DNA from: Octopus sinensis
Taxonomy: Eukaryota
Direction: 5' to 3'
DNA length: 64,000 bases
Assembly (NCBI RefSeq): GCF_006345805.1
Contig: NC_043010.1
Location: forward strand, 50,592,001 to 50,656,000
Both the position numbers and the translations under genes were made by a program. Shown in pieces: positions 37,801 through 51,900 of this stretch; the first letter of the stretch is position 1, and each line of letters starts with the position of its first letter. Under the pieces are notes generated by a model. It saw only the letters and a program-made list of their open reading frames with translations, ran no database searches and had not been told where the DNA came from.

Positions 37801-40800
37801 AGATAGCACACACAATTGCCCAATAACACACAGAATTGCCCAATAACACACACAATTGCCCAATAACACACACAATTGCCCAATAACACACACAATTGCC
37901 CAATAACACACACAATTGCTCAATAACACACAATTGCTCAATAACACATGCAATTGCCCAATAACACATGCATTTGCCCAATAACACATGTAATTGCCCA
38001 ATAACACATGCAATTGCCCAATAACACATGCAATTGCTCAATAACACACAATTGCTCAATAACACACAACTGCCCAATAACACACAATTGCTTAATAACA
38101 CACAATTGCTTAATAATACATACAATTACTACATAGAGAAAGAAAACTTATATATACCTTTCTAATCATGTTTTTATCAACATCATCGTCACTTCTATCA
38201 TCTTCACTTTCATCATCATACCACCACTACAACTACTGCCACCATCATCACTAAGACTCCTGGTTGTCATCATTGTTACTCTCTTCTCCCATTCTCATCA
38301 TGCTTCATGTCCATGCTTAGATTAATTACTGGTATCATAGTGTCTTGTGAGATGATATAATAAAAATATTACCATCTGCCTGATTATTTTTCTAGTAAAA
38401 AGGGTAACAAGAGTTTTGGTGTTGATGCCTTTCCATAGTCCTTGATGTTCTGTGTGAAATTAAATAATTCTATTGAGGAATCAAATTTATCCACGTGAAA
38501 GTATTTTATTTGATACGTAATTATAAGGTCACCAGAGAAAGGAAATGAAAAATAATGGAAATAAAATAAAAATAAGCAATTACCATCACAGTAGCATCTT
38601 ACCATGTTCAAGGCATTATGTATTTCTTCGTTGTCTTTCTTCTAAAAGATATTTGTCCGAAATATAGAATAATCCACTGGACAAAAAAGGACAAAGTGAC
38701 ACAGATCCTGGAAAATGGAGAGTCTCTTTCAATGGGATGTATTCTATAGCTAGAAAACCTACTAAAGACTGTCCTCTCTATATAGAGTATACTCTATATC
38801 TAAGTGTAGCTACAGAAGTGTTTATATACTAGCATTTTTGTAGCTATTCTTATATAAACATTTACTTACAGAAATCTTATGAAGACTTTAACTGAACTAA
38901 GATAAAAATTATAATTACTTATTACTAATTTTTGGGGGACTTTTTGTGTTTAATTGACACGGTTTTAAGCTGGAGTTGGAAGAAAACTTCTCATCATTTA
39001 TTGTAACCAGTTGTTTAACACTTTTGATACAAACCCATGTGTAAGTGGCCCTGGTTCTTGCTTTAAAGCGATCTAAATTAAAAATTTTATGTTAATTTAT
39101 GCTTCAAGCATCAGCTTAATGACAACAGTTATTTTACTTCAATTATTTTCAAAATTAATTGAAATAAATAATGTGTATTTCAAAGAAATATGGAAATAAA
39201 AGGGTTAAGTTACTTAAAAATCTTGACTCTTGGCTCTCTTTTACTATTGGCTGTATATTGTACTCCAGTGCAAAATATATCAACTGCACAATAGTTTAAA
39301 GGGGACAAAAAGAAAAAATAACCATTTGGTTATTTGACCTACTAGGAATAGCAGCAAAATTCCCTCCAACCACACTTTGTGTGTTGGAAAAAAAGAAATT
39401 TGACACATTGGATAATGTAGCTCAATGAACCCATGAATACTAACCTGGAGTTAAGCAACAATATACCAGTCATATTTGTCTTGGTCTAATGAACTTCTTT
39501 CTCCGTTGTTAACCTCCATTGCATCAGACAGCATGTTAAGTAAATCAATGTTTCTCAACCTTGTTAATTATTTTGTATATAAGCTCACTCAACCATGAGA
39601 GAAGCTGAGAGCCAGGCTTATTAGATATGGTAGCTGAGTATATAGAATGTTGTTTCATTCCTAAAGATACAAACAACACAGTTGTCTACAACATTTTTGA
39701 ATCTTGAAAAGCATTTCTTCATAAACTTTATTCTATTTGCCCCAGTTAGTCTCAATAGAAAAAAAATTCACATTCATTTCCACATCATGCACGAGTGGTT
39801 TGTGTGGGACAAACACCTGGTTTTATTAAGAAAAACGTAAATATAGGAAACAATTGCTCTACTAAGTTATAGAAATGCCTAAATCTACAGAAGCTTATAA
39901 ATTACTCTTGCATGATGTAGTTGGAAATATTAAAATTTAGAAAACAGTTTCCAGTGATATGTCTTCAAGGAACCAACCTCCAAGACTGCAGTCCTAAAAA
40001 AAAAGCTACATCATTTTAAAGGGTCCTCCTATATTTATCATTTGTCATTTCTTTTTTTTTTTTCTAGTTAACTGTGATGCTGGAACCCAAGGAGAAAACT
40101 TCAACACTATTTCACACGTCATAAATTTATCTGTGCCACCAAACAAGGTCAATTTGTCTGAAAAGACCCTTAATGGCATTAACCAGCAGGTGAACTCTTC
40201 TCTCACTGCATCACCTGTCTCCAACAGTAATTACTCAACAGGTAATTGCAGGCAAACGTTGCCCTCAGTACCTCACCCCACCTCAGCTTTATTGTAACAT
40301 TAGGCAATTTTAAGCAAACTCTACCGTTGATATTCTGCCTGCTCTCAATAAATAGATTGTTAGTAAATTCTGCCTTTGTACTTGTTATTGGCAGTTGTTG
40401 GCAAACACCTCCCTCAATACCTTATTTGTTATCATTAGCATTAACAGTACCTGTATAATATCGAATAGCTTTGCTCCCATCATTGCTACTATATTAGAGT
40501 TCATGACCTCTTTTCCTCACTTCTCCCCTATTTTGTTGTGCTCATTTTTTCACTTGCTTAGTTCAAGCTTGGGTTGAAAATTTCATAGATATAAACATCC
40601 ACTCTAATACTCACATCTTGTTCTTACTATTAACCATACTAAATTTGTTACAACTAATCTTACTGAATGAATTTTTTCTTTATTGGGAATCACTTGAATG
40701 GGAAATCCATTACCTTCAATCATTTTGATTTTTTTTAAAAATGATATAACACTTCATGGCAACCCTATCTACACCTGATATTATCACTCATTATTCCTCA

Positions 40801-42647
40801 TTCACATTTCTTCATCCTCAAAGTTCAACATGGAAAATACTGTACGTGCCCATTTCTGCTGCTACTGCATTCAAGCAATGTATCCCAAATGCCTCTGAAA
40901 ACAACAAAGAAAAAAATCAGCTCTTCAACCTCATCTCACACACAGGAATCTGTCCTGAAATTTGACACCAAACAATTGTTTCACTCTCCATGTGATTGTC
41001 AGTAGAGTGTTTGACTAAATTAGATCTACTTGGGGTATTAACAGCTCTCAACCCTCCCTACAAAAAAACAAAAACAAGGACCTTGGGTTGTGCTACTTTT
41101 TCTCTGAAATCCAAAAGGAACTATATGTTAGTCTTTTAGAGCAATGCTTTCTCAAGTTTCCTATTCTTGCTTAGGCAATTCATTGAAGGTTAAGTTTATG
41201 AATAATCTTCTGATGAAACTGGAACAGACAGAAGTGATGAAAGATGATCTCAGGAAACTGAGCCTCACAAATACATTGACAAAATGATGATGATGAGTGC
41301 AGAGATGCTATGCCAAACTGTGTTAACTTATAAAAGCAGACATTAAAATGATGATGATGATGACAATATGATGGCCTGTCACAACAACAATAAAGAAAGA
41401 GAAAGTGTTCTAGATTCTATCTCAATCATTTCACTTGATGCATTCATAATTTTATACGACTAGTTTTTACCAAAAACAACAGCTTTAAAATTTAATTCTC
41501 TTTAAACTGGTTATTATATATTTTTGTCATTGCTTAACAACTCTTCTGAAGATTTCAAAGTATATGATGTGTTGTACACTCAGTCCTGGACAGTTATCTT
41601 TTATCATTGATCTCAATCCATGGCAGGGCTATCATCATCATCATCATCATCATTTAAAATTTGTTTTCCATGCTGACATGGGCTGGATGGTATGACTGGA
41701 GCTGGTAAGGCCAGGGACTGCACCAGGCTCCATTGTCTGTTCTGGCATGGTTTCTGTGACTGGAGACCCTTCCTAACACCAACCACTCCACAGAGTGTAC
41801 TGTGTGCTTTCTATGTGGCACAAGCACCAGTGTTTTTAACAGGACACCAGCATGAGTACTTTTTATGTGACACCAGCATCGGTTTCAACTCTGCTGTGGT
41901 AGTCAGATATTTTTGAATACAGCAATGTACCACTTATCTCAGTCCTTGGTCATCTCCTTCATAAGGCTCAGTGTCTTCAGATTAGTTTTCAATATACCTT
42001 CACTAAATTTTATACTGGATCTGAGTAGACCCTTGTTTTGTATTCTCACGACTTACATATATTTTGATGTTGGTGATTATATATTTGTGCATCCCCACTA
42101 GGTAAACTGGATTTACTAAGCCTGATGAGTGCAATTGTCATGGTAATTAATATTATAAGAGTTCATTCCTTTGGAAAATGAACTGAGGTGATGAAAAAAA
42201 ATCCCAAAAACTCAAAGTGATCAGAGATCAAAATACCTAGTTACATCAGGCTGGGAACAATACATCAGAAACAAAACTAAACATTCAGAAACTGAGAAAT
42301 AAAAAAAAAAAACTATAAAATGTACAAACAAAAAGAATGTGTCCTACTTAAACCAAACACACTGTCTTAGAAATCTCTACAGGAAATGAAGAAGAACATT
42401 AATGACTTCAACACCATCCCCACTCTGTTGCATGTCACTTTAGTATCGTTTTATTCCATTACTACACTTCAACAAAAATTAGCAAACTAGGTCACTGAGA
42501 ACACCTGTACTGTCTCTCATCCTGTAAGATGATATGTTCAGATTTCCTTCAGATTGCTTGCTATGATCTTAGGAAAAAATAAAAAGGAGAAGATACATTT
42601 GATTTAATCGCTGAAAATTTATGACAAATACTCCCATCACTATCACT

Positions 42648-42712
<65 letters not shown>

Positions 42713-43918
42713 CCAGTTTAAGGTTCACTTTTCCATGCTTCTTTAGGTCAGACCGGATTTGTTGAGGCAAATTTCGCATGGTGGGATGTCTTTTTTGTTG
42801 CCAACCCTTACCTGTTTCCAAGCAAGGTAAAAGTTCCCTATTGGCCTAACATGCTTTCACAGAAGTCTTAAATGAGAGACTTCACTTGTATAATGGTAAC
42901 ACTCATTTATAATTTTCCTATGATGTCAAGGAAAATACACACTCACAGGCCTCTTTCAAATTCTCTCTATCAAATTCACTTACAAGCATTTGGTTGGCCC
43001 AAGCCTATAGTAAAAGACACTTGCTCCCAAGATGCCTCACAGACATCCATACACCTGCAAAAAGACAAAAAGATGGTGTGACCATGGATGGAATGTCTTT
43101 GATCATATGTCTTCTGGATTATGGCTGACCCGAGCTAAACAACTTCGGATAATATAGTCCTTGAAGACCTACATACACTAAATAATCACTAAAAGGAAAA
43201 CTTTTATAATAGATCTGTTGAATTAGAGCTGACACAAGGTTAAATGAGTAAGGACTCCCAGCCTTGAAGCATTGAAGAAATAAATCCATCTCAGATATCT
43301 CTATAGTGACCACTGCTACAGTTTTTGACCATATAAGAACTAATTAAATAACAAGTTAACTAACCTGCTCTGTTTGTAATACTAACAGTACATTCCTCAA
43401 AACAAATAACCAACTAACAATGTTAAGATGGGGTTTCACACCAAACTAAAGCATGAGAGGTACAGTATGCTACACTTGGATATAACATGTGGCTTACTGA
43501 AGCAGGGCTGACTGAGAGTAATCGATGACAACCGATAAGACATGTAGGGTCTGTCATAAGCCCTATAACACATAAGTTTAGGGCTTAATATCTGGTTTCC
43601 ACGGCATATAAGTGAGTGACCTTACAACATTTCCCTCTGAATGGGATGTTGGTCTGTCACAGGGTTAACTTCCCAGCTATTGCTAGAACTCATTTACAAC
43701 TAAATGGATTAGGATTAGATTAGATTGCCTATGTTCAGTCCACTTCAAGACTAAGACCTCAGCATGTTCTCTCCACCAACCATGGTCCGATGTGGAGGCA
43801 TTGAATTTGTGCTTAAGGTCATACTGGTTCAACAAGCCTACTCTGTCACACTGGCTCAACATATCTTGGCAGGGGGGTGCAGTTTTTAATCTCTCAACAA
43901 AAAGTTGTCACTGATATC

Positions 43919-43970
<52 letters not shown>

Positions 43971-45168
43971 CATACCAGTACTCAGCTGCTACTAATTTTA
44001 TTGACCCCGAAAGGATGAAAGGGAAAGTCGGCCTCAGCAGAATAGGATCTAGAGACACATGAAATGAAATGTCTTGCTCAAGAACACAATGTTCCTCCTG
44101 GCCCAAGAATCAAAGCCATGAACTTACAGTTGTGAGTACAACAGCCTGACCCCTAAGCCAGATGCCTTCAATAAGGCATATGAACCCAGTTTTATTCCAA
44201 AACACCTAATATATATATATTAGGCAGAGTTTCTACAGCTGGATGCCCTTCCTAACGCCAACCACTCCGAGAGTAAAAAGCACCCACTACACTCTCGGAG
44301 TGGTTGGTGTTAGGAAGGGCATCCAGCTGTAGAAACTCTGCCAAATCAAGGCTGGAGCCTGGTGCAACCATCTGGTTCGCCAGCCCTCAGTCAAAATCGT
44401 CCAACCCATGCTAGCATGGAAAGTGGACGTCAAACGATGATGATGATATATATATATACATCGTCAATGTATCCTATATCTGAGAAAGAAGCACACTCTA
44501 AAACATAGAACAGTAATGTGTTTATATGTAGTTAAGTCTATATTCAGTCATAGAGCGACCAGTGGTTTTGCATCCAAAAAGGGCTTGGACCCATGGGTGA
44601 GACGTCCATTGGGCTAAGTCCTTTGTTGATGCAAAAATATTGGTCACTCTGTGACCAGACATAGACTTAACTACACATACACACATATATATATAATACC
44701 ATCTACCTGTTGATGTGATTGCATTCTTCTGTCCCTGCTTCACTTTCTGTTTCAGTGATTTGCTTCAGTGTTTGTTCCCCTGTTCTTTTTTTAAATTTTT
44801 TAGGAGGGGTGGTTGTTGTTGTTGTTTTTTTTGTTGTTTTTTTTTGCTTCTTCTCCGGATGATGTCAAAACACTTTGCAACTTAAATGTGTTCAAAGCAG
44901 TTGTTCTCCAAATTTTGATTTCTTCTGGCTGCTCTCAGTTTGAAACATTTTTCTGCTATTTATATCTGTACTCTTTTTTTCCCTCTCTCTTATTTTTTTT
45001 ATAGATCATCCTCTTGTAGTTGTTGATGTCTCTAGTCAAACAGGAAGTGTGACACCTCACATTAGGCGGCGAACGGTTGGTGTTATTGACATGGGTGGTG
45101 GTTCCATGCAGATTGCCTTTGAGGTTACCAAAAGTGTGAAGTTTGATTTTACTAAGGTATTCCATGTT

Positions 45169-45218
<50 letters not shown>

Positions 45219-45930
45219 TTTACTTAAGATGGCAAGCTGGCAGAATCATTAGCGCACTGGGCAAAATGCTTAGTGGTATTTCATCTGCCGCTACATTCTG
45301 AGTTCAAATTCTGCCAAGGTCGACTTTGCCTTTCATCCTTTTAGGGTCGATAAATTAAGTACTAGTGAAACACTGAGGTCAATGTAATCAACTAGTCCCC
45401 TCCCCCAAAATTTCAGGCCTTGTGCCTATAATAGAAGGGATTATTATTATCCTTATCATCATCAAGGCAGTGAGTTGGAAGTATCATTAGCACATCAAGC
45501 AAAATGCTTAACATTTCTTCTGGCTTTTACATTTTGAGTTGATCTATAGAGGTCAGTATAGTAGAACCTCAGTTTTTGAACAACCCTGATCACGAATAAA
45601 TCGTACTTTATCTCCTGTCTTTCTCATATTCATTTAATACAGTAGTACCTCGGTTTACAAACACCTGATCACGAATAAATCATATATATCTATATCTAAC
45701 TATATATATCAAAATTAACAAGTATATCCAGAGGTAATGCAGTACGATCGTTTCAAGCAACTCCATTTAATTGAACAACGCAATCATTACATCAATTTAA
45801 AATGTAGAGCAATCTTCAGTTGCACAAAGACATAGAATTTAATTAAATTACAACAGGTGGACACAAGATTGTATGGATGATATTGTACTAAATTCTGGCA
45901 CCTCAACTTAAGTACCATATTCATCTGAAT

Positions 45931-45980
<50 letters not shown>

Positions 45981-48900
45981 TGAGATTAGAGTTGTTCGAA
46001 AACCAAGGTACTACTGTATATATAGATATAAGTAAATGAAGTCAGGAGGTATGGGATGAATATATTTATTTTACCAGTTGATATCTATATTATGATTGTT
46101 TCACAGCCAACATAAAGGAAAAAAAACAAACTATTTTAGTGTATAATAAATTAGTTTATATGGCTGCACCAGTGTATTTGTTTAAATTACATAGTGAGTG
46201 CCACTGGATTAGATAAATCCATATATTGTGCATCAAATTTTTATATATATATATATGTGCTGAGACCCCCTTCAGTCATGACTGACCAAGGGATTGCACC
46301 TAGAAAGTTACCATCCCAGGCACAAGTCCGGGCAAGGTTGTTTTATGGGAGACCAACAGTCGCCCATGTATACCGACCTCCCCTCTCCATGCCACCATTG
46401 TTATCCAAGGGAAAGGCAAAGGCTGATACAGCTTGGCACCTGGGACGTCGCAACTCATTTCTACAGCTGAGTGAATTGGAGCAACGTGAAACAAAGTATC
46501 TTGCTCAAGAACACAACATGCAGCCCGGTACAGGATTCGAACTCACAACTTCACGATCGTAAGCTTGATGATCTAACCACTGAGTCACACACTCAATGGT
46601 TATATAATATATTATATTAATGATTATATAATATTGGTTATATAATATATATATAGGGAGAGTTTACGAAAAAAACAAAAGACAGATGGTGTACAAAAAC
46701 AGATGTATTAGTATAATGCTCAGGAATAGAAAAAGACTTTTATGTTTCAAGCCTACGTTCTTCTACAGAAAGGGACACAGAAAAAACAAGGAGAGAAAAA
46801 AATGTGTATAGTGGCTAACGATCTATCATGGCGACTATATAAAATATATATATTTTATATGATACAGTAATACCTTGCTTTAAAAGGACCCACTTTATGA
46901 GACCCTGGATTTACAAGTTTTATTTTTCATGCACAAGATCCAAACTTTGAATGAAGTGCAAACGTTTCTACTACAATAACAAATGCTTGTGTGTGTTACT
47001 GAAAAATTTATAGTGAGCAAAAAAAAAAGCTTCTTCTAAACAAGCAACTCTAAACTTGTTTTAAAAAAGAAACCTACAAGTCCATCTATGAGTGCTTGTG
47101 AATCAGTGATTACATCCAGAAGTGATGATGCGCATGCGTCTAGTGCAAGTGAATGCAATTCAGAAAATGATCATAATAATATTTCTTATTACTTTACATA
47201 AAATATTCTTTACATTCTACTGTTGTTTTATTGCCATTTATTAACGATTATTATAAATTTTACAGGTAAGATGTTTTTTCTGAGAATGAATTATGGTTTA
47301 TAACATTACTATTATGGGAAATTATTGCTCTGCTTTATGAGTTTTTGCTTTACAAGCAGTCTCCAGGAACAAATTAATTCGTGTGTGTGTTATATCAATT
47401 TTAATCATTTTTTTCTCTCTTTCTATTATTTGTTATAGGAGGATTTGGCAAAAGACTTAATGGCAGAATTTAATCTTGGCTGTAGAAGTTTTGATCTTGA
47501 CCACAACTACCAACTTTATGTATCTACTTTTCTGGGTTTTGGGGCCAACTCTGCTCGTCGGCGTTATGAAGAAATGTTGCTAAACGATGGGACTAACAGG
47601 TGTGTAGATATTTATCTCTACCTGTCTGCATTACCAATATTGTGCAACACACCAATTAATCCTGATTCCTTGTTCAGTGAAGTTTGTCAGTTTTTGATAA
47701 GTTAGTATGCTGTGGGGGGAAAAGGGGATACTGATCTTTCATTTGAAACAAAATAATTCTTTCCAGAAAAAGAAATTGTTTTTTTTTTTTTATTTCAGTC
47801 AACCCTGAAATACCTTCTCCCTCCTCTTCCCTATCTTTTCCTCCCCCAACATGTAAGGACTTATCCAAACTTTTAATTTTTGCCAAAGCAGACCAAAACC
47901 AGTTTCCTTGACTTTAGTCTTTTTTGCACAAATTTTTGGGAATCTTGTTGGAAAATTAAAAATTTTTTCCTTATGCTGTTATTAATTTCAGGTTAAGCCT
48001 GATTGGATATTCATCATCATACGTTTAACGTCATCTTTCCATGCTAGTATGGGTTGGACGATTTTGACTGAGGGCTGGCGAACCAGATGGCTGCACCAGG
48101 CTCCAATCTTGATTTGGCAGAGTTTCTACAGCTGGATGCCCTTCCTAACTCCAACCACTCTGAAAGTGTAGTGAGTGCTTTTTATGTGCCACCGGCATTG
48201 GGGCCAGTCAGGCGATACTGGCAATGACCTCGCTGAAATCCTTTTACACATGCCACCAGCACAGGTGCCAGTAAGGCGACGATATTGATCAGGCAAATTA
48301 TCAAACACATTAAAATCATAACCATACACTCTTTTTAGAGAGTATTGTTATGATTTGAATGTGTTAGATCTTTTCTACGTTAGTCGGATACCCTGTGTGG
48401 TAGTTAAGAAATTTGCTTTCCAACTACATGGTTTGGGGTCCAGTCCCAATGTGCAACAACTTGGGCAAATGTCATCTGCAATTGCCTCGGGTTCACTAAA
48501 TCTTTCATCAACATTTAACATCCACCTTCCATGCAGGCATGGGTTGGACGGTTTGACACACACAAGCATACATTCACCAACACACACACACACCCACACA
48601 TATTGCAGGCTTCTTTCTGTTTCATCTATCAAATCCACTCACAAGGGAGTAATCGACTCAGGGCTATAGTAGAAGACACTTGCCCAAGGTGCCCTGCAAA
48701 CTTCTTAACCACACCTATGCCTATTAACCCAGAAAAAAAAGGAAATTGGTCAGTAACAGCAGTATATATTTAAACTTTGTATCTTTATTTAATTTTTTTT
48801 TTTATCCTTTTAGCTCTCAAGGCTTTGACAAACTGAGCCCTGTTCCTGACCCTTGTCTTCCATTGGGACTACTCTATACTTCTGCAACCAACACTCAACA

Positions 48901-51900
48901 AAAGACCTTTTTCATTGGGCTCGGTGACTATGCACTGTGCCGCAGGAACCTCTTTCCCCTGCTCAATGTCACTGTCCCCTGTCAGAAGAAACCCTGCTCT
49001 ATGAACGGTATTTACCAGTCAGACATAAACTTCCACAACAGTGAATTTTATGGCTTCTCAGAGTTCTGGTATTCCATGGAAGATGTCTACCGCATTGGAG
49101 GGCACTATAATGCTGACATATTTGACAAGATCTCAATTGTATGTTGGACAATTTCTTTCTTCTTTATTTTCTGTCTTCTGTCTTTTTTTTTTTCTTTCAT
49201 TTTATGTAACAAGTGATGAAGTAGGAGTGGTAGTACTGGTAGGGTGTTGGACAAAATAACATGCAGCATTTGTGTTAGCTGTGCATCCTGAGTTTGGAAC
49301 TCATTGGGGGTCGATAGTATTATTCATCCTTCAAGGCTCATCATCATCATTTAGCGTCCGTTTTCCATGCTAGCATGGGTTGGACGGTTTAACTGGGGTC
49401 TGTGAAGCCGGAAGGCTTCATCAGGCCCAGTCAGATTTGGCAGTGTTTCTACGGCTGGATGCCCTTTCATAAAACCGAAATCCAGTTATATTCTGGGATC
49501 AATTTAATCAACTGTACCACTCACCCAACTATGAGGCCTTGTGCCTATATAAGAAATTATTATGATATAAGCACCATAATTTTATAAATGTAAGAGATTA
49601 TTATTATTATTATTATTATTATACTACTCTGGTAGAAGTAGGGATTCACCAAGATTCAGTCCTCAGCCCCATCTTATTCATCATAATCCTCCATGCAATA
49701 ACACAGGAATTCAAGACATGCTATCCCTGGGAGCTCCTCTATGCTGATGACCTTGCTCTAATAGCTGAGTCACTACCAGAACTAGAGAAGAAGTTTCAGG
49801 TGTGGAAATAAGGTCTAGAAAGGTCTTAGAGTCAATCTAGCAAAAACCAAAGTCTTAGTAAGTAGGAAGGCAGACAAATCACAAATCCCTTCAGGTAGAT
49901 GGCCCTGCTCAATCTGTAGAAAAAGCATAGGTAGAAACTCCATAAGATGTACTCAGTGTAAGCTATGGACACCTAAGAGGTGTAGCAATATCAAAGGAAG
50001 GTTAAATGGAAAGGTAGTTTTTGTGTGTGGCAGATGCACAGGGGCCATAAACACCGGCAATGTACAGAAAACAGATGCCATCACATGCCAAGAGGAAAAA
50101 CTAAAAGTAGTTGATAGTTTTAATACCTGAAAATATTTTTCACATTCTTTTTCTCCATTATCAATTTCTACAGAATATTTCTGTTAAATATATATTTCAG
50201 AAACACTGTTCTACAAGATGGGCCAAATTGGAAGAATGGTTCCTCAAGAAGCTTTATCCAAAATCTGATATTTTGCGTCTCAAGTATGTATCTCATTTTC
50301 TCCATTTTTTAAAAGTTTCAGTCATTGAATTCTTCTTCTTCCACTTTTTCTTCTTTGAAATTTCAATGATGTGATTGTTTATGACCTTGTACAATGGGTG
50401 TGAGAGGCCAGATCTGGTTGAGTTGAACAGAAAGCAGGGAGAATATTTGGGTCGGATATGGATGGTTTAAAGGCTAAAGAGTTAAAGTTATGCATCTAGA
50501 AATTTTTTAATTAAGTGAAAATTTTTAAATTTGGTACGTTGATGCCGTTGAGAGGTAGGCTCCAAAATGGCGTGCATTCTCTCCTGATGACACTTACACT
50601 TGCTGGCTTCTGGTATGCAGAGCACTTGACTGGTTGCACTTGCATACTCTTTTACTCTCTTTTACTTGTTTCAACCATTTTACTGTGGCCATGCTGGAGC
50701 ACCACCTTTAGTCGAGCAAATCGACCCCAGGACTTACTCTTTGTAAGCCTGGTACTCATTCTGTCGGTCTCTTTTGCCGAACCACTAAGTTACAGGGACG
50801 TAAACACACCAGCATTGGTTGTCAAGTGATGTTTGGGAGACAAACAAAGACACACATACATATATACAGTAAGCTTCTTTCAGTTTCTGTCTACCAAATC
50901 CACTCACAAGGCTTTGGTTGGCCCGAGGCTATAGTAGAAGACACTTGCCCAAGGTGCCATGCAGTGGGACTGAACCTGGGACCATGTGGTTCGTATGCAA
51001 GCTACTTACCACACAGCCACTCCTACGCCTGTGCAAGTTGTTTGCAAAACATGTAATTCTTGTTGCTGAATTTGAATTTGGTATTCATTTATTCCCAGAA
51101 AGATTTGGGAAAATCTTACAGCGGTTCAAAGTTTCATAGTTTTTTAATCCAATCAGGAAACCCGAATCAAATGTTGTGCATGTTCTGTGTGATGACTGCC
51201 TGTTCACAAAATGACAGGCAGAAATAACAAACAACAGGCACAAAATATCGCTTGTCAAAAGTTGAGGTAGTGATTGTGTCACTGCTGCACCAAGTACAAC
51301 ATCCCTGTTACAATGAAATCAGGGCAGACTACAGTTTTTCTTATTACTATGAAAACAGACACCAATGTGAGATTTATGGTCATGTGTATAAATGCTGATT
51401 TTTAATTGGTTAAAATTCCACAAAATTTGGAAAATTTAAATGTCATTAACTTTTTATTTATTAATTTATGGCAAAAATAAATTTCATTTTTGAAATTAGC
51501 ATTCAAAACTAAATCGGTGAACCAAATTTGAAAACAATTGGAACAAAATTGAAAAATTTTTAAACCTATGACAGTGACCAAAAGGTCTCTAAAAGTCTTA
51601 TCAAGAACAGACTACTGTTCTGTCCTGAAAGGTCCTTAATCCCTTATCTGCTTAAAAATGAACCCTTTAGCATTCAAACCGGCCATATTTGGCCAAAATA
51701 TTTAACCTGTTTTATATTGAAACTGACCAGATCTCACCTCTCACCTCAGCCCTACCATGTCATTCTAAAACTAAAAAAATCACATCACTGAAATCTCTAA
51801 ACTACAAGATAATGCATGATTAATTCAAACCATTTTAAATAAACAAACATCACATTTGACAGAATAATCTGAACACTAAAGGGTTAAGGAAAAAAATATG

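Noticed and set aside
37786-38130. Regularly spaced repeats resembling a CRISPR array
   Set aside because: Units are contiguous with no unique spacers, there are no cas genes and the context is eukaryotic; it is a minisatellite
38373-38449. Possible minus-strand exon (HQGLWKGINTKTLVTLFTRKIIRQM)
   Set aside because: Poor pyrimidine tract, isolated, no recognisable homology
38649-38738. Stop-free phase 1-1 block in intron 4 (DICPKYRIIHW...)
   Set aside because: Weak AAAAG acceptor and weak T|gtattc donor; compatible with chance
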